IMG/VR virus record: IMGVR_UViG_3300029337_000249 | Source of the DNA: a virus | DNA length: 64,000 bases | Reading direction: 5' to 3' (one strand) | Shown here: positions 1 to 9,120 of the stretch, piece after piece | How the letters are laid out: each line of letters opens with the position of its first letter | Numbering within the stretch: position 1 is the stretch's first letter | Made by a program: the position numbers and the translations under genes | Notes under the pieces: generated by a model | What the model was told of the DNA's origin: nothing | Seen by the model: the letters and a program-made list of their open reading frames with translations, nothing else | The model's database searches: none

Positions 1-81
1 GACCGTGCTACCACACTGGAGGGCATCGGCTGGCAGGTTGCCACGATGGAGCCGCAGCAGTGGAAGCAAATCAATCAGTGA
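1..81 (+). CDS. 3' end of an upstream gene (partial, C-terminal 26 codons, ends TGA 79-81)
   Basis: Open frame from window edge translating DRATTLEGIGWQVATMEPQQWKQINQ* ; no homology assignable. Confidence 0.3.
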   Translation, partial: DRATTLEGIGWQVATMEPQQWKQINQ

Positions 82-90
82 GGTGACGGT

Positions 91-327
91 ATGGAAGATG
101 TCATTCACTGGATCACAGAACACAAAGAGGAAAGATCCCTGAACAGGAAAGTCAGCCACAGTCACCCGGACCCGACTGCCAATGAAGCCGTCGGCAATGT
201 GGTTCGGGAAGAGCGCAGGAAGAAGCACCATCCAAGGAAACGCCCGAAAAGGGAATGCCAGGAAAAGAAACGTCCACGCATCGGTGTCTGGCGTGCAGAG
301 GAGGCGAAGCCGGATGAGGGAGAATGA
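91..327 (+). CDS. hypothetical small basic protein (78 aa)
   Basis: ATG at 91 preceded by GAGGTGA RBS (80-86); N-terminus MEDVIHWITEHKEERSL then K/R-rich region; overlaps alternative N-terminal extension of next gene so uncertain. Confidence 0.35.
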   Translation: MEDVIHWITEHKEERSLNRKVSHSHPDPTANEAVGNVVREERRKKHHPRKRPKRECQEKKRPRIGVWRAEEAKPDEGE

Positions 328-733
328 AGTCGAAAAGCAGTTTGTGGAAGCAGTCAGGGCCGCCGGTGGGCAGGCCCTTAAATTCACCAGTCAGAGCATG
401 AACGGTGTGCCGGATCGACTGGTTTTGCTGCTCGGCGGCAAGTGTGCTTTTGTGGAACTGAAAGCCCCTGGAAAGCAGATGCGCATTCTTCAGCGGAAGC
501 GCAGACTGCAGCTCGAAGCATTGGGCTTCCCGGTGTTCTGTGTTGACCGTTTGGAGCAGATCCGGCCTGCGGTGGACGCACTTCTGCACTGGACGCCGGG
601 TGAGCCTATCCCACAGGGGATCGGGGCGAAAATCCCGGAGATGCCGGAAGTTACGCTGCCGCAGGGAGATACACAAAGCGAGGAGCCGGAAACACAGACA
701 CAGGATGCCGGGGAGGAGGTGATGCCGCTATGA
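314..733 (+). CDS. VRR-NUC domain nuclease (start uncertain, could be 182)
   Basis: Translation ...QFVEAVRAAGGQALKFTSQSMNGVPDRLVLLLGGKCAFVELKAPGK...GFPVFCVDRLEQI matches VRR-NUC PD-(D/E)xK fold motifs; stop TGA 731-733 overlaps ATG 730 of helicase (ATGA). Confidence 0.75.
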   Translation: MRENEVEKQFVEAVRAAGGQALKFTSQSMNGVPDRLVLLLGGKCAFVELKAPGKQMRILQRKRRLQLEALGFPVFCVDRLEQIRPAVDALLHWTPGEPIPQGIGAKIPEMPEVTLPQGDTQSEEPETQTQDAGEEVMPL

Positions 734-825
734 AGTTCATTCCACACGATTATCAGAGTTACTGCACCGAGTATATTAAAACGCACCCGACTGCAGCCCT
801 TTTTCTGGATATGGGCTTGGGTTAA
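730..825 (+). pseudogene. N-terminal fragment of SNF2-family helicase terminated by in-frame TAA (823-825) inside Walker A motif (MKFIPHDYQ...LDMGLG*)
   Basis: Same frame as 865..2112; DYQ Q-motif and DMGLG half of P-loop, then TAA, then GKTVITLSAI; removal of 6 nt TTAAGG restores canonical DMGLGKT. Confidence 0.6.
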
Positions 826-864
826 GGAAAGACCGTCATAACCCTTTCTGCAATCAAAGACCTT

Positions 865-2112
865 ATGCTTGAGACTTTCGAGGTTAACAAGGTTCTCATC
901 ATTGCACCGCTGCGTGTTGCCCGTGACACATGGCCGGCAGAGATTGAAAAGTGGGATCACTTAAAAGGGCTGGACATTTCCATCATCGTTGGAGATGTCA
1001 AGACCCGGATCGCAGCAGTCCACCACCCGGCGATGATCTACATCGTCAATCGGGAGAACATCAAGTGGCTGGTGGAGTATTACGAGAAAAATGGAATGCA
1101 CTGGGATTTTGGCATGGTTGTGATCGATGAGCTGTCATCGTTCAAGAACTATCAGTCCCAGCGTTTTAAGTTCCTGCGAAAAGTCCGGCCGTTTGTGAAA
1201 CGATGGGTCGGTCTGACCGGTACCCCTTCTTCTAATGGTCTCATGGACCTTTGGGCGGAGATTGGGATTCTGGATGGCGGTGAGAGGCTCGGCAAATTTA
1301 TCGGCCGGTACCGGGAAGCATATTTCAAGGCTGGGTCGATGAATCCGGCAACAGGCATCGTATTCCAGTATGTTCCCAGACAGGGAGCAGAGGAGATGAT
1401 CTACCAGCGGATCTCGGATATCACAATTTCCATGAAGGCTCTGGATTATCTCAATATGCCGGATTGTGTACCTACAAGGTATGAAGTTGAGATGAACACG
1501 CAGGAAAGGGAACTCTACGATATGCTCCGGCAGGATCTTTTGATTCCGCTGAAAGACGGTGACATAGACGCTGCCAATGCTGCATCACTGACAGGGAAGC
1601 TGTTGCAGATGAGCAATGGCGCGGTCTATGACGAGAATGGCAAGGCGAGAGTCATTCACGACCACAAGCTGGAAGCCCTCGAAGACCTGATCGAAGCCGC
1701 CAATGGACAGCCGGTGCTGGTAGCTTACTGGTTTAAGCATGACCGGGAGCGTATCATCAACCATCTGTCGAAGCTGAAGATCAAAGTCCGGGATATCAAG
1801 AGCAGTACCGACATCAAGGATTGGAATGCTGGAAACATCCCGGTCGCCCTGATCCATCCTGCATCGGCCGGACATGGCCTGAACATCCAGCAGGGCGGAC
1901 ACATCCTGATCTGGTTTGGGCTGACCTGGTCTTTGGAGTTGTATCAGCAGACCAATGCCCGGCTTTGGCGGCAGGGACAGACCCATGTGGTGACCATTCA
2001 CCACATCATCACGAAAAACACAGTAGACGAGGATGTCATGGCTGCGCTGGAGCAGAAGGACATGACACAGGAAAAGCTGATATCTGCCGTCAGAGCACGG
2101 CTGGAGGAGTAG
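865..2112 (+). CDS. SNF2-family DNA-dependent ATPase/helicase (main body downstream of the in-frame stop)
   Basis: Motifs VVIDELSS (DExx-like), LTGTPSSNGLMDLWAEIGIL (SNF2 motif III), helicase-C block GHGLNIQ...RLWRQGQ; typical partner of VRR-NUC in phages. Confidence 0.8.
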   Translation: MLETFEVNKVLIIAPLRVARDTWPAEIEKWDHLKGLDISIIVGDVKTRIAAVHHPAMIYIVNRENIKWLVEYYEKNGMHWDFGMVVIDELSSFKNYQSQRFKFLRKVRPFVKRWVGLTGTPSSNGLMDLWAEIGILDGGERLGKFIGRYREAYFKAGSMNPATGIVFQYVPRQGAEEMIYQRISDITISMKALDYLNMPDCVPTRYEVEMNTQERELYDMLRQDLLIPLKDGDIDAANAASLTGKLLQMSNGAVYDENGKARVIHDHKLEALEDLIEAANGQPVLVAYWFKHDRERIINHLSKLKIKVRDIKSSTDIKDWNAGNIPVALIHPASAGHGLNIQQGGHILIWFGLTWSLELYQQTNARLWRQGQTHVVTIHHIITKNTVDEDVMAALEQKDMTQEKLISAVRARLEE

Positions 2113-2121
2113 GAGAAGATT

Positions 2122-2889
2122 ATGGAAAAGAATACGAGCAATTACAAATTTCTGAATGCAAAGGACCGTGCCGCAGAGAGAAAGCGCAGCTCCAATGTTA
2201 TGGACACGGACCGATATCACTACAAGACTGCACCACATGTGCAGACCGGCAAGCGGAAGCGCGACAGTGATGGATTTTTCACACCGTATGCGATGTTCCG
2301 TCCGTACAGTGGCACCGGCCTGCTGTGTGCGATCTTCGGAGAAACACCTGCCCGTAAGACCTCTGACCTGCGAGTTACACAGGATATGCTGGCGAAGGAA
2401 GCCTATGAGCATGAAATCGAACTGCTCATGTGTCAGGCAAAAGCCTACGAGCTTCAGTTTCACAAGCGTTTCTGTGCGGAAGACCGTGCGGAGGAATGCT
2501 ATGCGAAAGCAGTGGCGGCAGGCAAACACCCGGATGCACCGAAGCTGACGGCGGAGGATACCAGACAGACGATTCTGGATGCGGTTACCTGGCGTTTCGA
2601 TTGGATTCAGCAGAACAAGAGAAAGTGCTATCGCTTTGCTGAGATCCTGATTGACGCAAAGGAGCACCATCTGGTGACAGACAGGGAAGAAAAAGAAAAC
2701 TTTGTTGACCTGTTTGTGCGGAATGCAGCTCTGATGCCGGAGCCGAACCGCAAGCTGATCGACTGCATGTACGAGGCAGCATGGTATTCCATCTATATGT
2801 TCAAGTATGGATTGGATGGACAGAAGGTGCCGGCTCCGTGGTACGACACAAAAGAAAATGATTCGGGAAAGGGCTGGGTGAACAACTGA
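2122..2889 (+). CDS. hypothetical phage protein (255 aa)
   Basis: Long ORF with GGAG RBS, no recognisable domain. Confidence 0.55.
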   Translation: MEKNTSNYKFLNAKDRAAERKRSSNVMDTDRYHYKTAPHVQTGKRKRDSDGFFTPYAMFRPYSGTGLLCAIFGETPARKTSDLRVTQDMLAKEAYEHEIELLMCQAKAYELQFHKRFCAEDRAEECYAKAVAAGKHPDAPKLTAEDTRQTILDAVTWRFDWIQQNKRKCYRFAEILIDAKEHHLVTDREEKENFVDLFVRNAALMPEPNRKLIDCMYEAAWYSIYMFKYGLDGQKVPAPWYDTKENDSGKGWVNN

Positions 2890-3269
2890 TGGAAATGGCA
2901 GCGGACAATCTGGAATGCTACGAGAATCTGGCGAATGCAATCATCCTGCAGGCTGTCAAGGATTATAAAACTGTACTGTTCCGTCTGGAGGACCATCCGA
3001 ACAACCGGGATGCGCAGTTTGAGAAAAAGAGGCTGGAAGGTTTCTTTCACTCCAACTGGTACAACACGCTGACGGATCTGGATGCCTGCACACTCATTTC
3101 AGGTGTGCAGGCAAGAGTGAAGGTTGAAGCCGTGGAGCGTAGAAAGAGGAGGGCAGAAAACCTGCGTCGGAAAGCGGAGCGAGAGATGAAAAAGCTCGTG
3201 AAGCTGCTTACGGAAGCCGGTGCTGCTCTGACTCCGGAGAACATCCGGGCATTAGATGATATTGCGTGA
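2889..3269 (+). CDS. hypothetical phage protein (126 aa)
   Basis: ATG overlaps previous TGA (ATGA coupling); no recognisable domain. Confidence 0.5.
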   Translation: MEMAADNLECYENLANAIILQAVKDYKTVLFRLEDHPNNRDAQFEKKRLEGFFHSNWYNTLTDLDACTLISGVQARVKVEAVERRKRRAENLRRKAEREMKKLVKLLTEAGAALTPENIRALDDIA

Positions 3270-3302
3270 TAAAAATAAACAGACCAGAACAGGAGGTGCA
3301 GT

Positions 3303-3845
3303 ATGGCAGACGAGATGGATTATATGGAACAGGCAAAGGAACTGGCTGATTCCTACAGGCTGCTGGTACACAGACGGGATATGCTCCGGCAGCAGTACGA
3401 GGATTCCCGGTCCTGGTTTTACACTAAGGACGAGATTATCTACAAGCTGTCGCAGGGCGCACATGAGGAATCCGAGCGTGTCCAGACCAGCGGTACATCA
3501 AATCCGGTGGAGCGCACCGTGCTGAACTGTGACAAGGTGCTGGCATCCATGAACCGGGAAGTGCAGACCCAGCGCACCGAGCAGTTTCTGGAACCCTATT
3601 ACAAGGTCTGTGAAGATATCGAGCTGTTCGAAGTTGGACTGCGCAGTCTTCGGGGGTGTACACGGATCGTGGCAGAGCAGCTCTTTGTGGACGGCAGAAA
3701 GCAGTCGGAGATCACTGGTATGGATGGGAGAACTTTAAGCCGCCGGGTGGTGGAGCGAGAGAAAGAAACCGCATTGCAGGGGATTGCGGATGTGATCCGC
3801 TTGCATGACAGACACAGGAGGGGAGAATGTGGGAAGACCGATTAA
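3303..3845 (+). CDS. putative phage transcriptional activator with sigma-70 region-4-like HTH (ArpU/RinA-like)
   Basis: C-terminal LRSLRGCTRIVAEQLFVDGRKQSEITGMDGRTLSRRVVEREKETALQGIA resembles sigma70_r4 HTH; RBS GGAGG upstream. Confidence 0.5.
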   Translation: MADEMDYMEQAKELADSYRLLVHRRDMLRQQYEDSRSWFYTKDEIIYKLSQGAHEESERVQTSGTSNPVERTVLNCDKVLASMNREVQTQRTEQFLEPYYKVCEDIELFEVGLRSLRGCTRIVAEQLFVDGRKQSEITGMDGRTLSRRVVEREKETALQGIADVIRLHDRHRRGECGKTD

Positions 3846-4275
3846 GTGGAATTTTCAGCCGGATAAACGGCATGAAGCCATAGCAAAAGATGCTTGCAGC
3901 GGGTATGAAAAACTCAAGGAAGATATTGCGGAAAAGGAGAAAATGCTGACTGAGATCAAACAGGAACAGGCAGCGGCTATCTCCGATTTGGAGCGAGGCA
4001 TCAAGGAAGAGATGTATACGGAGTGCAAAAGGGGATACGACAAGCAGAGCACACGGCTTCGTATTATGGAGCTGGCTCTGAGCCGAGTGTCTGATTCGGA
4101 TGCGAGGACAGCAGTCAGACAGTTCTATTTTGAACGTATTCCATTGAAGTCGATGAAAGATTCCAACGGCTGTCCATTTGGAAAAAGCAGGGCAGATTAT
4201 TACAAGGGAAAAGGCTTCAAAGAATTTGTAGTAAATCTGGAAAAAGAGGGCTTTTTCAGGAAAAATAGCAGTTAA
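3829..4275 (+). CDS. hypothetical protein (start GTG 3829 or ATG 3805)
   Basis: ORF overlapping end of previous gene; AGGAGGGGAG RBS before GTG 3829; no domain recognised. Confidence 0.45.
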   Translation: MGRPIKWNFQPDKRHEAIAKDACSGYEKLKEDIAEKEKMLTEIKQEQAAAISDLERGIKEEMYTECKRGYDKQSTRLRIMELALSRVSDSDARTAVRQFYFERIPLKSMKDSNGCPFGKSRADYYKGKGFKEFVVNLEKEGFFRKNSS

Positions 4276-4349
4276 TTAGGAAAACTGCTTCTTATGCGTA
4301 CATCGGCTTTTTGCTATACTTTATACTAGGAAAATAAGATAAAACCGGG

Positions 4350-4402
4350 AGCGGATAAGAGTGCTGGGAGCGAAAGCTGCCCGGTATTTTTATCCGCTTT
4401 TT
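4350..4402 (+). terminator. possible rho-independent terminator (9-bp stem AGCGGATAA/TTATCCGCT with long structured loop, then TTTT)
   Basis: Inverted repeat 4350-4358 / 4390-4398 followed by T-run. Confidence 0.35.
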
Positions 4403-4475
4403 ACATGTTATGCCGCCACGGATTCGGATTCCGGACGGCTGTTTTTATATCAGGAGAGAAGAGGTGAAACCCAGA

Positions 4476-5126
4476 ATGGGGAGAAAGAAAAGCAACGCAC
4501 GGATTCTGCCGCGTGGCAGGAAGATCCATGTGAACAAGTACATCAACAAGCGTGGCTGCACCAAGCATAAAAGCGCCGCCACGCATAACCACAGCACCGA
4601 AAAGCAGCAGGAAAGCAGCCACACAACTTATGACAGCTTCCCCGCTTACAACTGGCCGACGACCAGAATCCCGAAGCAGTATGAGATCTGGTTTGCAGAG
4701 CTTGGTAACCATTATGGCACCTGTGTGCAGAGTGGGAACCGTCCGGTGCTGATCCTGACAAACGATATTGCGAACCGTTATTCGCAGACCTTCACAGTTA
4801 TTCCGCTTACGAGCAAGATGAAAAAGCTCGACCTGCCAACACATATCGTGCTGACAGAAGCACATTGTGAGATGCTCAGAGCGGAACGACTGGAGGATTC
4901 CATTTTGCTGGTCGAGCAGATCACGACGATCGACCAGTCGGCACTGTTTGGACGCCTTTGCAGGGTGATCTCTGCTGAGAAAAAGCAGGAGATTGAACAG
5001 GCTGTGGCAAGGCAGTTTGATATGCACAGTACTAAGAAAAACAAACAAAATACAGACGAAAATGCTGTGCGCGGCAGCAATGCCAATTACGGCAGCAACG
5101 CTGTACACAGCAGGAAGGAGGTCTAA
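4476..5126 (+). CDS. MazF/PemK-like mRNA-interferase domain protein with basic N-terminal and disordered C-terminal extensions; no adjacent antitoxin
   Basis: Core IWFAELGNHYGTCVQSGNRPVLILTNDIANRYSQTFTVIPLTSK...THIVLTEAH fits PemK/MazF (CcdB/MazF fold) family; ATG 4476 with GAGGTGA RBS. Confidence 0.6.
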   Translation: MGRKKSNARILPRGRKIHVNKYINKRGCTKHKSAATHNHSTEKQQESSHTTYDSFPAYNWPTTRIPKQYEIWFAELGNHYGTCVQSGNRPVLILTNDIANRYSQTFTVIPLTSKMKKLDLPTHIVLTEAHCEMLRAERLEDSILLVEQITTIDQSALFGRLCRVISAEKKQEIEQAVARQFDMHSTKKNKQNTDENAVRGSNANYGSNAVHSRKEV

Positions 5127-5131
5127 CCGCT

Positions 5132-7543
5132 ATGGTGGATATCAAAAATATCCCGGCGGAGCTGAAGACCTCCTGCCGGTTTTGTGTCTGGAAATTTGAA
5201 AAGCGAAACGGTCAGAAGACCAAGATGCCGTATAACCCGGCGAATGGTGATAGAGCCAGGATCAATGATCTCCGCACCTTTGCAGATTTCAAGACTACGC
5301 TTGTCACTTATGCAATGGGCGGCTATGACGGCATCGGCATTGCTGTGGGCAGTGGCATCGGAGCTTTTGACATCGACCACTGTATCCGTGAGGACGGGAC
5401 GCTGAATGACACAGCGGACACCGTACTTTCAATCTTTCCTACAGCGTATGTAGAGAAGTCACCGTCCGGCAAAGGTCTGCGTGGATTCTTCCATGTGCCA
5501 GAAGACTACGTCTACGACAAGACGGTCTACTACATCAACAACCGCAGCAAAGGTCTGGAAGTGTATATGCCCGGTGCGACAAACCGCTTCGTCACCGTAA
5601 CGGGAGATGTTTACCGCACAGGTGAAATTCCCAACGATGAAACGGCGATGACCGCACTGCTCGATACGCTCATGAAGCGGAACAAACAGGTACAGCAGAC
5701 TCATTTTCAGCACCATTCGTATCTGGATGATGAGGCTGTCATCGCACACGCCAACGAGGCCAGCAACTCCGAAAAGTTCAAAAAGCTCTTTGCCGGTGAG
5801 TGGGAAGACCTCTACGGCAGCCAGTCGGATGCAGATATGGCGTTCCTGTCTATTCTGGCATTCTGGTGCGGCTGTGATGAGGAGCAGATGGACCGCATCT
5901 TCCGCACATCTGGTCTGATGCGCCCGAAGTGGGATCGCAAACAGGCTGGTTCAACCTACGGTGCCATCTCTATCCGCAACACAGTCAATACCTGCGCTTC
6001 CGTTTACATTCCTGTCAACGCGCAGGACATCGTGGATGAGGAGTTTGCAAATCTTGACTCTGATGATAAAGAGACGGAGCGGCCACCGGACATCAGCAAG
6101 CTCACGCTGTCGCTGGAAGAAATGGCTCCGCACACGAATCCGCGCTACGGCAGGGATGAGATTGGTTTGGGCAACATGTTCGCCGATTTTTTTAAGCCTA
6201 TTGCACGGTACAACAGTGAACGCGGCATCTGGTTTGTCTATGATGGAGTTGTCTGGCAGCCGGACATGGAGAACCTTAAGGTGGCAGAGCTTGCGAAATA
6301 TCTGGCAGATAAGCTGTATCTGTTTGCATTGAAGATTACAGAAGAAGATGTCAGAAAGCGGTTCATCGACCGCGTCCGGAAGCTCCAGCTCCGCAAGCAC
6401 CGTGACACGATGCTGAAAGACGCGAAGTCCGTATTCCCATTGTCCATGAAGCAGTACGATCAGGATATCTATCTTTTCAACTGTAAAAATGGAACACTGG
6501 ATCTGCGGACGATGGAATTCCGGGAACACCGCCCGGAGGATTTTCTCACAAAAGTGTCCCCTGTGATATATAACCCGGATGCCGACTGCCCTCGCTGGCG
6601 GACGTTCATCACGGAGATCATGCAGGGGGATAAGGCCAGAGCAGACTATCTTCAGAAGGCTATCGGATACTCGTTGACTGGTGACACACGCATGGAGTGC
6701 TTGTTTATTCTGTACGGTCCGACATCCAGAAACGGTAAGGGTACCACAATGGAGAGCATCCTGCGTATTATGGGCGAGTACGGTAAAAATGCAGATCCGA
6801 CCATGCTGCAGGCGAAGTTTAACAGCCAGAGCGGAGGACCGTCCGAGGAAATCGCCCGGCTTGCCGGCTCCCGTTTTGTAAACATCTCCGAGCCGGAGAA
6901 AAAGATCACTCTGGATGCAGCTCTTACCAAACGACTGACCGGTAACGATACGATCACAGCCCGGTATCTGCATGAGAACAGTTTTGAGTTCCGACCGAAC
7001 TTCAAAATTTTCATCAACACGAACCATCGTCCGAATATCACAGACCTTACGCTGTTTGAGTCTGGCCGAATCAAAATCATTCCGTTTGACCGGCATTTTG
7101 AAGAAAATGAACAGGATAAGGATCTAAAGTCCACTTTTGCTAAACCGGAAAATATGTCCGGCATTCTGAACTGGATGCTCGAAGGCTATAAGCTGTTCCG
7201 CAGTCAGGGACTTGCCATGCCGGATTCTGTCGTTCAGGCAACAACGGACTATCAGATATTCTCAGATAAGATGGGCCAGTTTTTTGATGAATGCATTGAA
7301 GAAAAGGAAGGGTGTGAGCTTCGGCGCGGTGCAGTTTACACACGCTACAAAGAGTGGTGTGGAGAGAATGGCTACCGGGCAGAGGCAGCCAAGAATCTCA
7401 ACCAGGAGATTGAAAAGCGGTACAAGACTGCAAGAAAGCGTCCGAATGACGGTGCCTCCAGCAGTACGACTCCGATGGTCCTGGATGTGGCGTTCACGGC
7501 AAGTGAAGAGTCAAAAGAGGACTTTGCACCATTGACATCATGA
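5132..7543 (+). CDS. phage primase-helicase (Prim-Pol domain + PriCT_1 + D5_N / P4-type SF3 helicase)
   Basis: N-terminal bifunctional primase-polymerase motifs (GIGIAVG...AFDIDH), central PriCT region (DADMAFLSILAFWCG), C-terminal Walker A LYGPTSRNGKGT and P4-family helicase block. Confidence 0.9.
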   Translation: MVDIKNIPAELKTSCRFCVWKFEKRNGQKTKMPYNPANGDRARINDLRTFADFKTTLVTYAMGGYDGIGIAVGSGIGAFDIDHCIREDGTLNDTADTVLSIFPTAYVEKSPSGKGLRGFFHVPEDYVYDKTVYYINNRSKGLEVYMPGATNRFVTVTGDVYRTGEIPNDETAMTALLDTLMKRNKQVQQTHFQHHSYLDDEAVIAHANEASNSEKFKKLFAGEWEDLYGSQSDADMAFLSILAFWCGCDEEQMDRIFRTSGLMRPKWDRKQAGSTYGAISIRNTVNTCASVYIPVNAQDIVDEEFANLDSDDKETERPPDISKLTLSLEEMAPHTNPRYGRDEIGLGNMFADFFKPIARYNSERGIWFVYDGVVWQPDMENLKVAELAKYLADKLYLFALKITEEDVRKRFIDRVRKLQLRKHRDTMLKDAKSVFPLSMKQYDQDIYLFNCKNGTLDLRTMEFREHRPEDFLTKVSPVIYNPDADCPRWRTFITEIMQGDKARADYLQKAIGYSLTGDTRMECLFILYGPTSRNGKGTTMESILRIMGEYGKNADPTMLQAKFNSQSGGPSEEIARLAGSRFVNISEPEKKITLDAALTKRLTGNDTITARYLHENSFEFRPNFKIFINTNHRPNITDLTLFESGRIKIIPFDRHFEENEQDKDLKSTFAKPENMSGILNWMLEGYKLFRSQGLAMPDSVVQATTDYQIFSDKMGQFFDECIEEKEGCELRRGAVYTRYKEWCGENGYRAEAAKNLNQEIEKRYKTARKRPNDGASSSTTPMVLDVAFTASEESKEDFAPLTS

Positions 7544-7570
7544 GCTTGAAATTCAAGGTACGGACGGATT

Positions 7571-7930
7571 TGTTGCGGCTGTTGCTGGAAGAACACAGTG
7601 AAATCTATTGTTTTTGATTTTCATAAGTTCCCATCAAAATACCAGCAACACACGACTTCGGAGTCACGTTACCAGCAACAGCAGCAACGCCCCAGCAACA
7701 GAAAAACGTAGGAAAATCAAGGGTTTTCGGTGCTGTTGCGAGTGTTGCGAGTGAAAACCCTATTTTATTTATATTATTTTCTTTTATATACTATTTACTT
7801 TTTACTAGCAACAATAGCAACAAAAGAAAAAATATAGATCTTAACACCCCTGAAAAGTGCGTAAAATCAATATTTTTGGGGACTGGACACCTCGCTTTGT
7901 GAGGAAAGCGCCAGCAACACACCAGCAACA
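7571..7930. repeat. candidate phage origin of replication: >=8 direct copies of CAGCAACA and 4 inverted TGTTGC copies flanking a ~70-bp AT-rich unwinding element (7760-7830)
   Basis: Iteron-like repeats at 7571-7590, 7641-7700, 7731-7750, 7805-7825, 7911-7930 immediately downstream of primase-helicase gene. Confidence 0.6.
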
Positions 7931-8049
7931 GATTCAGAGGACACATTGGAACTACACAATGGAACATCGCAGGCCGCTTTTGTGGGAGCCTATTTGTGGG
8001 CAAGGGCAAAGGCGGCCTGCTTTGTGATACATGAAAGAGAGGACAGAAC

Positions 8050-9117
8050 ATGAGTAAGATTATCACCTGTGAACAGGTCAGCAATGGCCATCCTGATAAG
8101 ATCTGTGACCAGATCGCAGATGCTATTGTGACCGACATTCTTCAGCATGACAGGCACGCCCGTGTGGCGATCGAGTGTCTGCTGAAAAAGAGCCAGCTTT
8201 TTATTGCCGGCGAGGTCACCACCGATTACCGGCCAAACTATCAGCAGATCGTCCACGATGTGTTCAATCGCATCGGCGCCGAAAAGCTGGGGTGGAACCT
8301 GACCGAGCTTCTTCGCATCGGCATTCTAGTGGACAAGCAGTCCCCGGACATTGCACTGGGTGTGGACAAGGGCGGTGCCGGTGACCAGGGCATCATGTAT
8401 GGCTACGCCACCAACGAGACAGCAGAGCAGATGCCGATCCCGTACATGGTTGCCACCAAGTTCCTACAGCTGCTGAAGAACCATCCGTCCAAGATGTTCC
8501 GAGCAGATGCCAAGGGGCAGGTCAGCTACGATTACGACACCGGCCGAATCACCACCTTCCTCTGCTCCGTACAGCACAGCCCGGATGTGGAGGTCAGCGA
8601 CTTCAGGCACATCATCGAATCCATGATGGTGCTTGCCGCTTGTGAGTATGGTCTGGACGGTGACTTTACGAAGCTGGTCAATCCGACCGGCCGTTTTGTG
8701 TTGGGAGGCAGCTACGCCGATTGTGGTGTGACCGGCCGGAAGCTGGCGTGCGATACCTACGGCGGCATTGGTCGCATGGGTGGCGGTGCTCTGAGCGGGA
8801 AAGACCCCACGAAGGTGGATCGCTCTGCCGCATACATGGCGAGGAAGATTGCCAAGGACATCGTGCAGGCGGGCTACGCTGACAAGTGTGAAGTCCAGCT
8901 TGCCTACGCCATCGGTGTGGTACAGCCGGTGGGTGTGGCTGTGGAATGCTTCGGTACGGAGCACCAGTCCCTCGACTTCATTGAAGCCTATGTTCATGAC
9001 AGCTACGACCTGACTCCGCAGGGTATCATCAAGCGGCTGGGACTGCTGGATGTAGACTACAACAAGGTCAGTGCCTACGGTCACTTCGGTAAGGCTGGTC
9101 TTCCGTGGGAGGAATAA
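8050..9117 (+). CDS. metK: S-adenosylmethionine synthetase (methionine adenosyltransferase), phage-encoded, compact 355-aa form
   Basis: Hallmark motifs GHPDKICDQI, GAGDQG, GGGALSGKDPTKVDRSAAY; located upstream of three DNA methyltransferases. Confidence 0.92.
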   Translation: MSKIITCEQVSNGHPDKICDQIADAIVTDILQHDRHARVAIECLLKKSQLFIAGEVTTDYRPNYQQIVHDVFNRIGAEKLGWNLTELLRIGILVDKQSPDIALGVDKGGAGDQGIMYGYATNETAEQMPIPYMVATKFLQLLKNHPSKMFRADAKGQVSYDYDTGRITTFLCSVQHSPDVEVSDFRHIIESMMVLAACEYGLDGDFTKLVNPTGRFVLGGSYADCGVTGRKLACDTYGGIGRMGGGALSGKDPTKVDRSAAYMARKIAKDIVQAGYADKCEVQLAYAIGVVQPVGVAVECFGTEHQSLDFIEAYVHDSYDLTPQGIIKRLGLLDVDYNKVSAYGHFGKAGLPWEE

Positions 9118-9120
9118 CCT

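Noticed and set aside
182-733. Longer VRR-NUC start at 182 (MKPSAMWFGK…)
   Set aside because: The N-terminal 44 codons are low-complexity and overlap a better-supported small ORF (91-327) that has a strong RBS. ATG 314 yields a typical VRR-NUC-sized protein. This remains uncertain.
823-825. TAA recoding / alternative genetic code to explain the in-frame stop in the helicase
   Set aside because: TAA terminates many well-supported genes in this window (e.g. metK at 9115-9117, fibre 1 at 47960-47962), so it is a genuine stop here.
1585-2940. Long minus-strand ORFs antisense to annotated plus-strand genes (1585-2940, 5951-7096, 8464-9504, 10345-11871, 12038-12997, 25201-25881, 37478-39388, 40262-41179, 46034-47338)
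   Set aside because: Each lies opposite a plus-strand gene with clear homology (helicase, primase, MetK, MTases, terminase, tape measure, fibre). Their translations are low-complexity and R/H/C-rich, typical of spurious antisense frames in GC-rich coding DNA.
4276-4475. tRNA genes in intergenic regions (4276-4475, 7544-8049, 15163-15385, 16559-16790, 20253-20451, 58513-58728, 59125-59358)
   Set aside because: No cloverleaf-compatible sequences and no GTTCGA/T-loop-like motifs were seen by eye. A tRNAscan run would be needed to be certain.
7960-8049. Possible SAM riboswitch (S-box) upstream of metK
   Set aside because: Only ~90 nt separate the ori repeats from the metK start. The region contains a 9-bp inverted repeat (GCAGGCCGC…GCGGCCTGC) but none of the conserved S-box helices or sequence blocks, and it is too short for a SAM-I aptamer.
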